DNA from: Veleropilina oligotropha
Lineage: Eukaryota
Direction: 5' to 3'
Assembly (NCBI GenBank): GCA_048128005.1
Contig: JBEUKZ010000068.1
Location: 248,001 to 312,000 of the forward strand
Length of the DNA: 64,000 nucleotides
Shown: positions 19,073 through 31,800 of the stretch, piece after piece
Numbering within the stretch: the stretch's first letter is position 1
Layout: each line of letters opens with the position of its first letter
Program-made: the position numbers and the translations under genes
Notes under the pieces: model-generated
The model's database searches: none
Seen by the model: only the letters and a program-made list of their open reading frames with translations
Told to the model about the DNA's origin: nothing

Positions 19073-20110
19073 CCCTGGGCCGGCGAGGGTAACGGGCCGT
19101 CCCTGGGGGCTCTATGCCGCTGTACACACAGTGACTTTTTGTAATACAATCTATACCCCGGGGGTCTGAAATATAGCTGGGAGCCTCCACAGCAGGCCCC
19201 GGGGCCCTAGTCTAAACTCCCCTGCTGACTAGTCCGAGCTACCCTGAGTTCTGAACAGGTGCTGGGAGCCGTATTTTCCCATTTTAAAAAGTCCAATCAC
19301 CCTCCCTGTTGCTGAGTTGAGATCCATATTAATTCTGAAAAGGTGCTGGGAGCCTTATTTTCCCATTCTAAAAAGTCTACTCACCCCCCTGCTGCTCCCT
19401 TGATTATAATGTGGCCAGTATCCAGTCAACCTTCATGCAATGCATTTCAGTCGATTGACTACAATAGCTTGTATTTACATCAACGGCGCGCTTCTACTAA
19501 GGTCAACTCGGGCGACGTAACTAGGCAACCAGGTAGTATTTGAATAGACTATCGATAGTCTATGCATAAGCTAACCTGGTTTTCGGACAGCCTTTCTGTA
19601 CACACGGCGACTTTTTGAAATACAATTATACCCTCGAGTCTGAACAGGTGCTGGGCGCCTCCACCCCCGGGCCCCCGGGGCCCACCCTAACTCCCTAGTC
19701 CCCCTCAGTAATACCAGCTCGGTTCTGAAATAGGGCTGGGAGCCTTATTTTCCCATTCTAAAAAGTACACTCACCCCCAGTCTCTAATAGAGATTATGCC
19801 ACTAAGATATCGAGCCCGGTGCACGGCGAGAAATAACCGGCATGTTAGACGTTGTGTAGTGAGGAGCCCGGGCCGGCGAGGGTAGTGGGCCGTCCCTACG
19901 GGCTCTTACTACCAGCTCTGTACACACGGTAACTTTTTGTAATACAATCCCTACCCTGGGTTCTGAACAGGTGCTGGGAGCCTCCACGGCGGCCGCCCCG
20001 CCCCTAGTCTATACCCCCTAGTTCCCACCAGTACAACCCTATCAGTTCTGAAATAGGGCTGGGAGCCTTATTTTCCCATTCTAAAAAGTACACTCACCCC
20101 CCCTGCTGCT
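19073..20110 (-). repeat. Right TIR region plus degenerate internal copies of the subterminal unit
   Basis: Near-perfect inverse of the left unit at 19722-20110; decayed copies at ~19073-19395 and ~19596-19720. Confidence 0.88.
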
Positions 20111-21039
20111 GGCCTAATTAAATTTAATATTTTCCTTATTTATTGTATTAATTAGTTTTTTTAACAATGAACAATAATAATAATAATCCAAGCCATGACG
20201 AAAAAACAAGAGTCGATGACGTATTTTCAGTACCTTGAGTATTCCTATTAAAAGTGAATAATATATAGTATTAAAAGTGAATATAGTTTCCTGGGTATAA
20301 TACCATTTACATCCTTGAAATTACAGTTTCAAACGGAAACCCTCTGCCAGTAGAAACCATCTGACAGGCTGGAGACACATTGTCTAGACTTTTCCCGCTA
20401 AAATATAATCACTCACTTTGGACCCCCAATCACTGCAGCCCCACTCAGTGCCTCACACACGATGACCTTAACGGTGATCTGTGTAATGTGGTGCGCAGTA
20501 ACCCTGCGCAGAATTGTTCTTGGAACTGCATAGCAGCTGGCTTGTAAACAACACCATGCTGTAACTGGCACACGGGAGTAGGTCGGCAATGATTTATTTA
20601 CATTTCTAGTTTTATGGATGGATACATGGCAAATGCTGGTCATGATAATTTGGAGAAGGCCTGCTAATGCATAGGAGGGGCACTACCGCTATTAGGAATG
20701 GCAGTTACGGCTATTTATGGCCGTGGACATAGTTCATTTTATGGGGGCACCACCGCCAGTAATGAAGGCAACCACAGCAATTACTGTAGTGCCGTGGGCC
20801 AAATTCGATCCCTGAATACATCTTAATCCATTTTGCCAGTGTCGCCTATTGTATTAACTGTAGATTATTTTTCAGGAATCCACAGTTTTTATTCTATTGG
20901 CTTCAGTTAATTAATAATAATAATAATAATCTTTATTTAAACTCGATAACCTTATAGGTATGCGCCTATTTTCATATGGGTCGAGCGCTAAAACAATTGA
21001 TATATATACAAATAACATTACAAATATATTATATAGAGG

Positions 21040-24000
21040 AGTAAATAGGGCGATAGAGAAACATTTAAACTGTTAAAGGGGGAGGTTGGATCACCAAATC
21101 AGAAAACGGAACAACCAGAAAACAGCGGTGTAAATAATACAAAGAGACAAAGAAAGACCACTAAATTCACTGGAAAGCAGATAGTCCCTTCAAAATCTAA
21201 AGGAAATAAAAAAGACCAAAACGTGCTAAAAGTTATCTTTACAAATGCACAAAGTGTGATGAATAAACAAGGGGAACTAGAAACACTAATCGATGTACAC
21301 AACCCAGATGTGTTAGGAGTTACAGAATCATGGACAAATAGTAACATAAATGATGCCGAAATAAATGTAGTGGGTTGCAAATTATACAGAGAGGATAGAA
21401 CAGATACGTTAAATGGCAGAGGTGGAGGGGTATTATTATACATCAAAGATCAACTAAATTCTGTTTCTCGCGAAGATTTTAAAATAAACTCTTTTCAAAA
21501 TTCAGTTTGGTGTGAAATTATGGCGAATAATAAAAAAGATTCCACAATTGTAGGTATTGTTTACCGTTCACCAAATAGCACGGAAGAGAATAATGCTAAC
21601 CTAAACAGTACATTGGGAAATGTGAGTGACTCTAAGTTCAACGTATTAATTATGGGAGACTTTAATTACCCAGATCTAAATTGGAAAACTTTACATAGTG
21701 GGAAAGCAGGAACAGATTTTTTAACCACAATGCAAAATGAATTCATGCACCAACATGTGGATTTCCCGACTAGAGGCAATAATATATTATATTTAGTGTT
21801 TTCCAGTGAGGTAAATATGGTGCAAAACATTAGCAGAATTGGGAAACTTGGATGTAGTGATCATGATTTAATTGAATTCCAGCTACACACAAAAACAATT
21901 GTGAAAACTAGCAAACAAGAAATACCAGATTTTCGAAAAGCAGATTTTGACAAAATTAAAGCAGATCTCCGAAATATAAACTGGGAGGGAACTGAAAACT
22001 TAAATGCCACGGAATGTTGGGAAGGTTTTCGAAATAACATCGAACAAATAATGAAAAGAAATGTTCCATTAAAGTGTAGATGCAAAAAACATTCACCACC
22101 ATGGTTAACCAGGAAAGTCAGAAAAATTATAAGACGGAAATATAAACGTTGGAAACGATACAGAGAGTCACACGACACAGATGAGCACCAAAAATATAAA
22201 GAATGTGAGAAAGAAAGTAAAAAAGAAATCCGAGCAGCCAAAAAAGCTTTTGAAGAAAAGTTAGCAGAAAACATCAAGGAAAACCCCAAATCTTTTTATG
22301 CTTATATTAGGTCAAAACAAAAAACAAAAGATGTCGTAGGTCCCCTGAACGATGAACATGGAAATATAATATCCGATGATGCACAAATCGCAGAATCCCT
22401 TAACAAATATTTTGCATCTGTTTATACTATTGAGGACACGATAAACATTCCACCGGTAAAACTTATTTATGAAGATCATGAAACATTTTGTGAAAGTATT
22501 GAAATTACTACGGAAATGGTTGAAAAAAAGATAAGCTTACTAAATGTCAGTAAAGCTCCAGGTCCAGACAGCATATATCCCAAATTGCTAAAATTCGGTA
22601 AAGATGAATTAGCAAAGCCCTGATATTCAATAAAACTCTACAAGAAGGCAGCTTGCCTGATGACTGGAAGACTGGAAATATTACCCCAATCTTTAAAAAA
22701 GGTAGTCGATCAAATACCCAAAATTATCGACCTGTTAGTCTGACATCAATAGTAGGCAAAATAATGGAATCCATCTTAAAGGATGTTATCTTAAAACACA
22801 TAAATAAATTTGGCCTTCTAAACCTAAGTCAGCATGGGTTTATGGAAAAAAGATCTTGTTTAACAAACTTACTGGAATTTTTTGAAGATGTAACAAGTGC
22901 AATTGACAATGGCAAACCAGTTGATATCATATATCTTGATTTTCAGAAAGCATTCGATAAAGTACCACATAAACGACTATTACAAAAATTAAGTAACCAT
23001 GGCATTCAAGGCCAAATACTAAATTGGATATGTAAGTGGCTAGAAAATAGAAAACAGAGGGTTGTAATAAATGGGGTAAAGTCAGAATGGAAACCAGTAC
23101 TAAGTGGAGTCCCACAAGGTTCTGTGTTGGGACCATTGTTGTTTCTCATATATTTAAATGATATTGATGACGTCATTACATCGCTAGTAAAAAGTTTGCA
23201 GACGATACCAAGCTGTACAGAATTATCTAAACAGAAGAAGATGCAAAGAAACTTCAAGGTGATTTAAATAATGTGATAAAATGGTCTGAGGACTGGCAAA
23301 TGGTTTTCAACACCAGCAAATGTAAAGTAATGCATGTGGGTTATAATAACAATACCTATAATTATGAAATGGGTTCAGAAGCTTTACAAGAAATGGCCAA
23401 AGAAAAAGATTTGGGTGTATGGGTAGACAAGACATTTAAACCATCAAATCAATGTGCAGAGTCAGCTAAAAAGGGAAATCAAATATTGGGAATGATAAAG
23501 AGAAATTTTAATTTTAAATCTAAAGCCATCATAACTCGCCTATACAAGCAAATGGTTAGACCGCATTTAGAATATGCAGTGCAAGCACGGTGTCCATATC
23601 TTGCTAAGGATATCAATATAATAGAACAAGTTCAAAGAAGAGCCACAAAATTGATAGGAGAATTGAGAGAATTACCATACGAGGAGAGACTAAGAGCTCT
23701 GAACCTCACAACATTATCTTTGAGAAGGATAAGAGGTGATATGATTCAGGTTTTTAAAATGTTTACAGGAAAAGTCAACGTTGACAATAGTTTCTTTTTT
23801 CAGATGAACCAAAGGCATACCCGGGGGCATCAATACAAGATTTACAAAAAACGATTCCGACTAGACGTTAGAAAACACTTTTTCTCAAATCGCGTTGTCG
23901 ATGAATGGAATGCTCGTCCTAATAATGTAGTGGAATCGACATCTGTAAACCAATTTAAAAATCGCCTAGATGAGCATTTTAAGAAGGGCAGGTTATAGAG

Positions 24001-24087
24001 GACAAGACAACTCAATGGGTTTTTATATGAGTGGCAGTAATGCGCTTTCTAAACCCAAACAAATTCTATTTAATCTAATTTAATCTA
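21040..24087 (+). mobile_element. CR1-type LINE, 5'-truncated, ORF2 (APE + RT) frameshifted
   Basis: APE motifs GVTESW, MGDFN, SDH; RT motifs [28 protein letters not shown] in a shifted frame near 23195; frameshifts near 22620 and 23190; short repeat tail atttaatcta. 5' boundary approximate. Confidence 0.9.
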
Positions 24088-24247
24088 TATGAGATTAAAT
24101 TATTTGATGAATAAAATGCGATCCAATACTGCTAAAAACACAGAAATATGCATATCACAAAATTAAAATGAGATTCAGAACAGTTAAAAATATTGAAATA
24201 TGCATATTATATAACAATGTACTTAAATAAATAAATATATATATATA

Positions 24248-24981
24248 TCTTATACTATAAGAGAACAATGCCGTCTGTCCGTGTGTCGGTGTGTCCGTGT
24301 ATAACGCGATAACTCTCCGAAATCTTGACGGAATCCAAAGACTTTTCGTGAGTGCATTCATCTGGGCAATGGTCAGAACCCTATTGTTTTTGGTGCCGAT
24401 CCGAGTGACGGAGACGGCGCGGCGTAGAGGGAGAGTGATGGAGACGGCGCGGCGGCGCCGTCACTCCCACTTTCCATCTACGCGGGACGTAGGCCTATGA
24501 AATAATCTAAATATTAATGTAATATTAGGTTAGATATCTGTAAACCAACTACAACAATAGCATAGATGAACACGACAAGAGAAAGAACAATTTAAGTTAT
24601 TAATGCACTTCCTAAACCTATATTCTATTCTAAAAATATTTTTAAACGAGAACAAGAATGTGTCCAATACAAGGTAGACAACTTTTTCAAGTTGGAAGTG
24701 TCTCACTCAACTTTTAGGGGTAATCGCAATGAAAGTACAGAACCATACTGTCGCAAGGGGCTGTTTTAGAGGTCGTCCCTGGGGACGGGTACTATCGCTA
24801 GAGGGGGAGTGATGGAGACGGCGCGGCGTAGAAGGAGAGTGACGGAGACGGCACAGCGTAGAGGGAGATGGAGAGTGACGCAGACGGCGCGGCGTAGATG
24901 GAGAGTGGGAGTGATGGAGACGGCGCGGCGTAGCTAGATGCTGTTTCAGAGGCCGTCCCTGGGGACGGGTACTATTGCTAG
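24248..24981 (+). mobile_element. Non-autonomous Helitron-like element
   Basis: 5' TC after A; 3' hairpin ccgtccctggggacgg followed by CTAG|T; second copy of the 3' end at ~24770-24801; internal ggagacggcgcggcgtag repeats. Confidence 0.7.
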
Positions 24982-25484
24982 TATATATATATAGTTAATA
25001 AAGTTTTAAGATATATATATACAAATATTAAAGTTTTGAGTTTTCGTATTAACATAAAGAATCCTTATAAAAGATCAAAGTCAAGTGATTAAAATGAGAG
25101 TAAATACTGTAAAAATAATGTACACAATTTAATAAAACATGATTTCCTAAATATTAAAATCTTCCCTGAATTTTTTAAAATAAAATCCATGACAAGCGTG
25201 CTTAAAAGATTGTAACGTAGCACATGTTTTAACTTGGGATGCCTATTCAGCGTGCAACTTCTAGACCAATTATGGTCAGACACGGACTTTTGCAGAAACG
25301 ACATGACAATTTCAATAACTCCCAATCAGGAACATAATTGACAATGACGTTGTGTTAATTAGAAAGGTGAACCGACAGGGTGGCATTGGATTTATTTCAA
25401 TTAAATCAATGATTTTTTATATGTTATGTTTACAACAATATATAATCAATAATGCATTATAAAAGTATGGCAAAATTGGATTAA

Positions 25485-25594
25485 ATAAGAGAACCAACTT
25501 GAAACTGTGTGTTCGTGAAAAGTAATCCACTTGAGCCTGTCGGCCCGCGTGGATTATTTTTCACGAACCCACAGTTTCATGTTGATTCTCCTAT
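25485..25594. repeat. Short palindromic MITE-like hairpin
   Basis: agaaccaacttgaaactgtgtgttcgtgaaaagtaatccac pairs imperfectly with gtggattatttttcacgaacccacagtttcatgttgattct. Confidence 0.65.
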
Positions 25595-25831
25595 ATATAA
25601 TACACACGTTTTTTTTATGTAAGCAATAAAGTAACCAATTCTTCCGAAGTGACTTTTACACCTAAACACAAGTTCGTTTCTTTTTTATGAATTCGTCATT
25701 CATGACAGTCATATTATATTATTTTGAGTTTACAGCATGTGCCATTTTTGGAAAGATCCTTTTAAAGATAAAAGCAGGAAAACATTTCACTACAACTTTT
25801 AATTTTTATACTTCTGATTGACTTAGGTATC

Positions 25832-28800
25832 ATGACTTTGAGAAAATCAAGCAGAATAATCCAAGGACTCGCACATAAAGAAAGATTTGTGTGGAACCAA
25901 AAAGACTTTGTGGTCAGATTTGTTGACCCCATTATAGGTAAGTGGCATTGATATTTTTATGTGCATATTCACACTGCATATCCTGCATAGTTAGTATACT
26001 TATATTCCATATTTCATTTACATAATTCAATCTGTTTGTAAATCGTCAGTTGCAGTAATTAATGAAGTCTTGGCAAAACACAATCTATATGCCAGTTCCA
26101 CATTTCCAAGTCATGCCAGAACAAAACCTTACACATATAGTCTTTAAGATCAGGACTGTGTAAGGTTTACTTGATGCCATTTTGAATTAATTTGTGTTGC
26201 TGCGGTAGATTTAAAATGACAAGAAAACCTTATTATCTGGTGACCTTTATGCATAATAGTATTCTGTTTCTGTTGTGACGTCTCTGAGCGTAATTTGTAA
26301 AGTAGACTTATTCCAAATGATACACTTATGCACCGTGGAAGAAACCAGAGTACTAATGACATTCTGCACTTGTTAATCTGTAGGAGTTTTATTTCTATTT
26401 AAGATCTTGCGTCTCTCTGTCAACATATTATCCAGAATAGCACTTAATATAAAATGTATTTGAGTGTTGAATATTTGATTTTATTTGTCTTAATATTATT
26501 AGTCACCATGATTTATAACAGCAACTTTTTTATGAAAATTACCTGTGCATTTGTTTACCTTTTCAAAAACAAGCATCTATCCTGGTGAATGTATGTGCTA
26601 AACACTTGTAAGGTGTACTTGCAGTGCTGGTTCCATAATTATTAAAGATACATGATGTATATATATGCAAACTAATTTTGCTAACAAACAAAATTATAAA
26701 ACCGACATCTGCACTTGTAGTTGTAAACAGTGAAGGTCAGCAATGCCTGCTTCACACCAATTGCTCATGGTTTAATACAGTGAAGGCCAGTAATGATATA
26801 TAATATATATATATATGTCTGGGCTAGCGCTGGAAACTTTTTGTAGTTACGGTAGCCACTGTGGCTAATTGGGGGGGGGGGGTTAGGGTTAGTGCACCGT
26901 TGGACCTACAGACCTGAGATTTGGCATGTGCTCCTCAATAGACCCAAGGAGATACATGGGCTATGAATTTTTTAGGGGGGTCCCTAAGGGGGGGTCTATC
27001 CGTCCATTTGTTTTTTCTCGATAGGCGGCCGCACCGCTGGACCTATAGACCTGAGATTTCGCATGTGCTCATCAATAGACCCAAGGGGGGTCTGTCCGTC
27101 CATCTGTCCATTTGTTTTTTCTCGATAGGCGGCCGCACCGCTGGACCTATAGAGCTGAGATTTGGCATGGGCTTTAACCCGGGCGACGCCGGGTAATCCT
27201 GCTCATATATATATATGAGATGAACAAATGTCCATAAATGTCTGCGGTACTGTCCGATGTGACCACCTAATAGACCTATTACAATTTTGGTACTGGGTGC
27301 CTCTTGTCTCAGTCGTACATTCTGGTTACACACAACGCAAGGATGGTTTGCAATATCTCATCTTAAAAGACTGTATTTTATCACGCAAGTGTTTCATGAC
27401 TTAGACTATCCAGGATTTAAGGGTCCGTCCCTGTGGTCGAGTGGATAAGAGCGCAGCTCCCAATTCTCTGACCTGACTGTACTGGATTCGCTCGAGGACA
27501 CAGTTGTCCGTGACTGGCAGGAGAGGGCGGGTTTTCCCGGGTGTCCGGGCTTTCCTCACGCAATAATCCGGACATGTCCTGATATGATTCTATAGGATGT
27601 TGGGACATTTAGCATCGAACCAAACCAAACTATCCAGGATTTTTTTTCCTCATATAAACATAAACGTCGTAGAAATAGATTTCATGAATTGCAACATTCA
27701 GGGCTAAAATTTTGATATCCTGACAAACTAGACGAGATTTGCTTGCCTCTCATTATTTAATAAAGATAACCTTTGATGTTGCAGGAATTGACATTTTCTC
27801 ATTTTTGTCTCGCCCGAAGGGAAAGAGACTATAGGTATTGCTTTTCTGTCGGCGACGGCGACGGCGTCGTCAACAATTGTTAAAGTTTTGCGTTTAGCTC
27901 TGTTTCTCAAAAACTATAAGTTCTAGATCAACATAACTTGGACCATAGATGCTTCATGGGTACTGTTATGTACAGAATGCTTCGGATACTTGATATATAT
28001 ATAACCTGGATTTTATGTACCGTGACTTTGTAATCATTGTAATCTGTGTTAAGTTTTTACGTTAAGTTTTTGCGTTTAGCTCTGTTTCTCAAAAAGTATA
28101 TGTTCTAGATCAACTTAATTTGAACTATATATGTTTCATAGGTCCTGTTGTTTAATGAATCCTTCGGATGGTTGATATTTTACCTAGATATTATGTACCA
28201 TGACTTTGTAATCATAGTAATCTGTGTTAAGTTTTTACGTTAAGTTTTTGCGTTTAGCTCTGTTGCTCAAAAGGTACCGGTATGTGTTCCAGATCAATGA
28301 AACTTAGACCATGCTTCATAAGTGTATGAGCTGAGGGAGGCACATACATGTTAATCCTTCCGCTTCCTCACCCCCCCCCCCCCCTCATGCCCCATGCCCA
28401 CCCCCCCCCAAAAAAAAATATGAAGATTTATTTTGCTACAGTTATTCTGAAAAGTTTGAAATATTGAGGATAGAAAAGTAACAGAGATATATTCCTTTTT
28501 TGTCTCGCCCGAAGGGAAAGAGACTATAGGTATTGCTTTTCTGTCGGCGGCGACGGCGTCGTCAACAATTGTTAAAGTTTTGCGTTTAGCTCTGTTTCTC
28601 CAAAACTATAAGTTCTAGATCAACATAACTTGGACCATAGATGCTTCATGGATACTGTTATGCACAGAATGCTTCGAATATTTGATATATAACCTAGATT
28701 TTATGTACCGTGACTTTGTAATCATTGTAATCTGTGTTAAGTTTTTACGTTAAGTTTTTGCGTTTAGCTCTGTTTCTCAAAAAGTATATGTTCTAGATCA

Positions 28801-31800
28801 ACTTAATTTGAACTATAGATGTTTCATAGGTCCGGTTGTGTAATGAATCCTTCGGATGGTTGATATTTTACCTAGATATTATGTACCATGACTTTGTAAT
28901 CATAGTAATTTGTGTTAAGTTTTAACGTTAAGTTTTTGCGTTTAGCTCTGTTGCTCAATAGGTACCGGTATGTGTTCCAGTTCAATGAAACTTAGACCAT
29001 AGATGCTTCATAAGTGTATGAGCTGAGTGAGGCACATACATGTTAATCCTTCCGCTTCGTCCCCCTCACCCCCCCCCCCTCATGCCCCATGCCCACCCCA
29101 CCCCCCCCAAAAAAAAAATATGAAGAAGTTACATGATTTATTTTGCTACACCTACACACTAGAGCAGTTATTCTGAAAAGTTTAATTATGCCTTGAAATA
29201 TTGAGGATAGAAAAGTAACAGAGATATATTCCTTTTTGTTAATTTACTTATGTAAGTATTATGTGTGTGTGTAAGATAAAAGGGACATATGCTTATCTGT
29301 AAGACTTGCTCATTGCCAATAGGCATAGTAAGCAGTTAAGCTTAATGGTCTTTCTGAGAAGCTGGGATTGTCAAAATCAGATGGATTTTGAAAACTGGCT
29401 TCCCCATTGGTTTATTCCATGGGTATCTTGTGATGACAGTATATATTGCCATTTCAAGAACAGACTGTATCCAGTGTCTAATATCACCCTCTGCAACTGG
29501 TCAAGGCATGCATGTTATGTATTCAGCACTGACAGATATATTAAAATACAAAACAGAATTGAAAAATATTTCTTTTTAGAAGTGGTTACTGGTTATCACT
29601 TAGGGAGACAGCCCCGCCCACCAAATTATGGAAACAATGATTAACTGATGTTTAACAACCACGGCAACAGTATTTTAGTTACAAATCAATTTTGAATGAG
29701 GAAGTGATTTGATGCTGTGTGCATTGAAGGCAGTGTGTGTGTGTGTGACGGAGAGGGCGTGGGAGGGAGAGAGAGTCCGAGTGTGTCTTTCATTACTATG
29801 TTTTGACCAGCACTGCATGTTAGGTAGTACTTCTAAGTCATAACTTTACAAATTGAAATGTCAACTTTTCAAAGTTGAAGCGGCGACGGGCGAGACATAT
29901 AATTCCGCGGTGTCACAGCCAGGATGTATATTCAGTTTGGTGTATGTGCTCAGGTTATGTTGTATAGTGCGACGTTTATCATGTAGTTGTGCCTGCCTTA
30001 TCACTATTTCAGTAAACTTAGAGAGGAGTGATATTGTGTAATAGGGACTTCTTGTGGGAGCGTCGTAGGCAACAATCGGTAGAATTTCGTGCATGTTCAT
30101 TTCATGGGAGGTTATATAAGGCTACGACTGGTGGTCAGCTTCGCACTGGTCCAGTTATTTTGACAGTGACGGATGCCGTTTTATAGGCTGCGTGAGGTGA
30201 GATTGTAGCGGTATGCGAGACGTTGCGTTCTACTGCATAAGTGTATTGCAGGGGATATATTGTTAATATAATGCCTTTCAGTTCACTGTTTTTATGTAAT
30301 TAGTTATTATTGTATGTGGTAAAACGTAATTTGAGTATTGGCTAAATGGCGTGGAGGGTATATTTATCCCTGTATTGGTAGATAATGGGGGGGAAATTGT
30401 CTTAATGGGATATTGTTATATTTCAGCCTGCGTGCGTGATTAGGTCTAGTCGATGACATAACCGGCGATAGTCCAGGGGGTTCGTTTCGGTGAAGACTGA
30501 ACGAGGTACGCGTGGTGTAGCGTCAACGTGTGCGAGTGCCGGACTGGTGATTAAAGGTCGTCGCCAAGAGTGGTTCCGGTGGCGTGCCGAAACATCCCAC
30601 AAAAGCGTGTAGTGGGGAACGCGGTGTAGCGTACGTGGAGAGCCGGTAGCTATCGACACTACCATCCGACCTTCAATTTACCATCTACCCAACTGAGAGA
30701 GTTGTGGACTATCTACCCAACTGAGAGAGCTGTGGACAGTCTTCCCAACTGAGAGAGTTGAGGACAATCTATCCAACTGAGAGAGTTGTGGACATTCTAA
30801 CCAACAGAGTGGTCGACCTATCAACTTTTAGAGATGATATCTTTTATTGCATAGTATACTAATTATAACCTTTAGCCAAGGTCATTTTCATAATTTTTTT
30901 ATAGTTAGAATATTGATGTATATATAAATTGTTGAACTTGTTGTAGGGGTTGTTATAGGTGTGGGGTGAATTGTATGTGGTGTGGTTGGGCAGCGCAACA
31001 GACTGTTGAGGAAAGAGTAGTGGGGAGTTGCTGATTGTGGAGTACAGGAAGGTTGTGGAAAGGTGCGGACTGTGTGGGTTGTGGTGAATGAAGTATGTTG
31101 ACAGATGGGGAGAGTATATTTAGTGTGATTAATAGTTTTGTATGTATATATTTTATTGTTTGAAATTAATTAAATATTGTTGCTCGGAAACCGTGTTGGA
31201 TATTATTCGTCGAATGTGCAGATGGTGACGTGTGACACGCGGAATTTCTTGTTAATCTAACGTATGGGGATGATTTGACTGAAGCTTGAGGATAATTGGC
31301 TCGATTTTGGGGACTATTTGACTCTTAAGATGGGGACCGTTTTATAGGGACCAATTTGTTTTATTGACGAAATGGCTGGATCCCTATATCATAAATTCAT
31401 TATCAGGACTTCAAATTTAATACACTGAAGAAATCTTACGCGTGTTTTCAGTGGTCATTCATTTCACTTTACAGTTGCAAGATACTTTTACATTTACCTT
31501 TTACAGTTGATAAATAATTCTTGACTCTTCAATTCAGGAGTTCGTAATTGACCAAACTACAGGTAGATACGAAGCAAGCTTATATTAAGTCCTCACTAAA
31601 TGTTACCATTTATTCTCTGTCAGGAAGAGGGGTTTTTGCTGCTAAACCTTTTCTGAAAGGAGATTTCCTATTGCAATACGAGGGCAAAACTCTCAAGGAG
31701 GAACCATCCAGTGACGATTCCTACATATTCGAGTACGCTGTCCGTGGCAAAACCTACTGGTAAGATTGTTTGAATAATCAACATCATGATGCATGTATTC

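Larger units (their letters stand above)
2898..20110. mobile_element. Integrated Polinton/Maverick-like (PLV-like) endogenous DNA virus, ~17.2 kb
   Basis: Starts AGCAGCAGGGGGG and ends CCCCCCTGCTGCT; GGCCT on both flanks (2893-2897, 20111-20115); long TIRs; dense, intronless, GC-richer ORFs for integrase, packaging ATPase, capsid-like proteins and a PolB-helicase fusion. Confidence 0.93.

Noticed and set aside
26871..26892. ggttagggttag as a telomeric repeat
   Set aside because: Under two units, inside a repeat element.
29800..31200. Possible solo LTR or other retroelement remnant
   Set aside because: No TSD, paired termini or coding relic could be established by eye.
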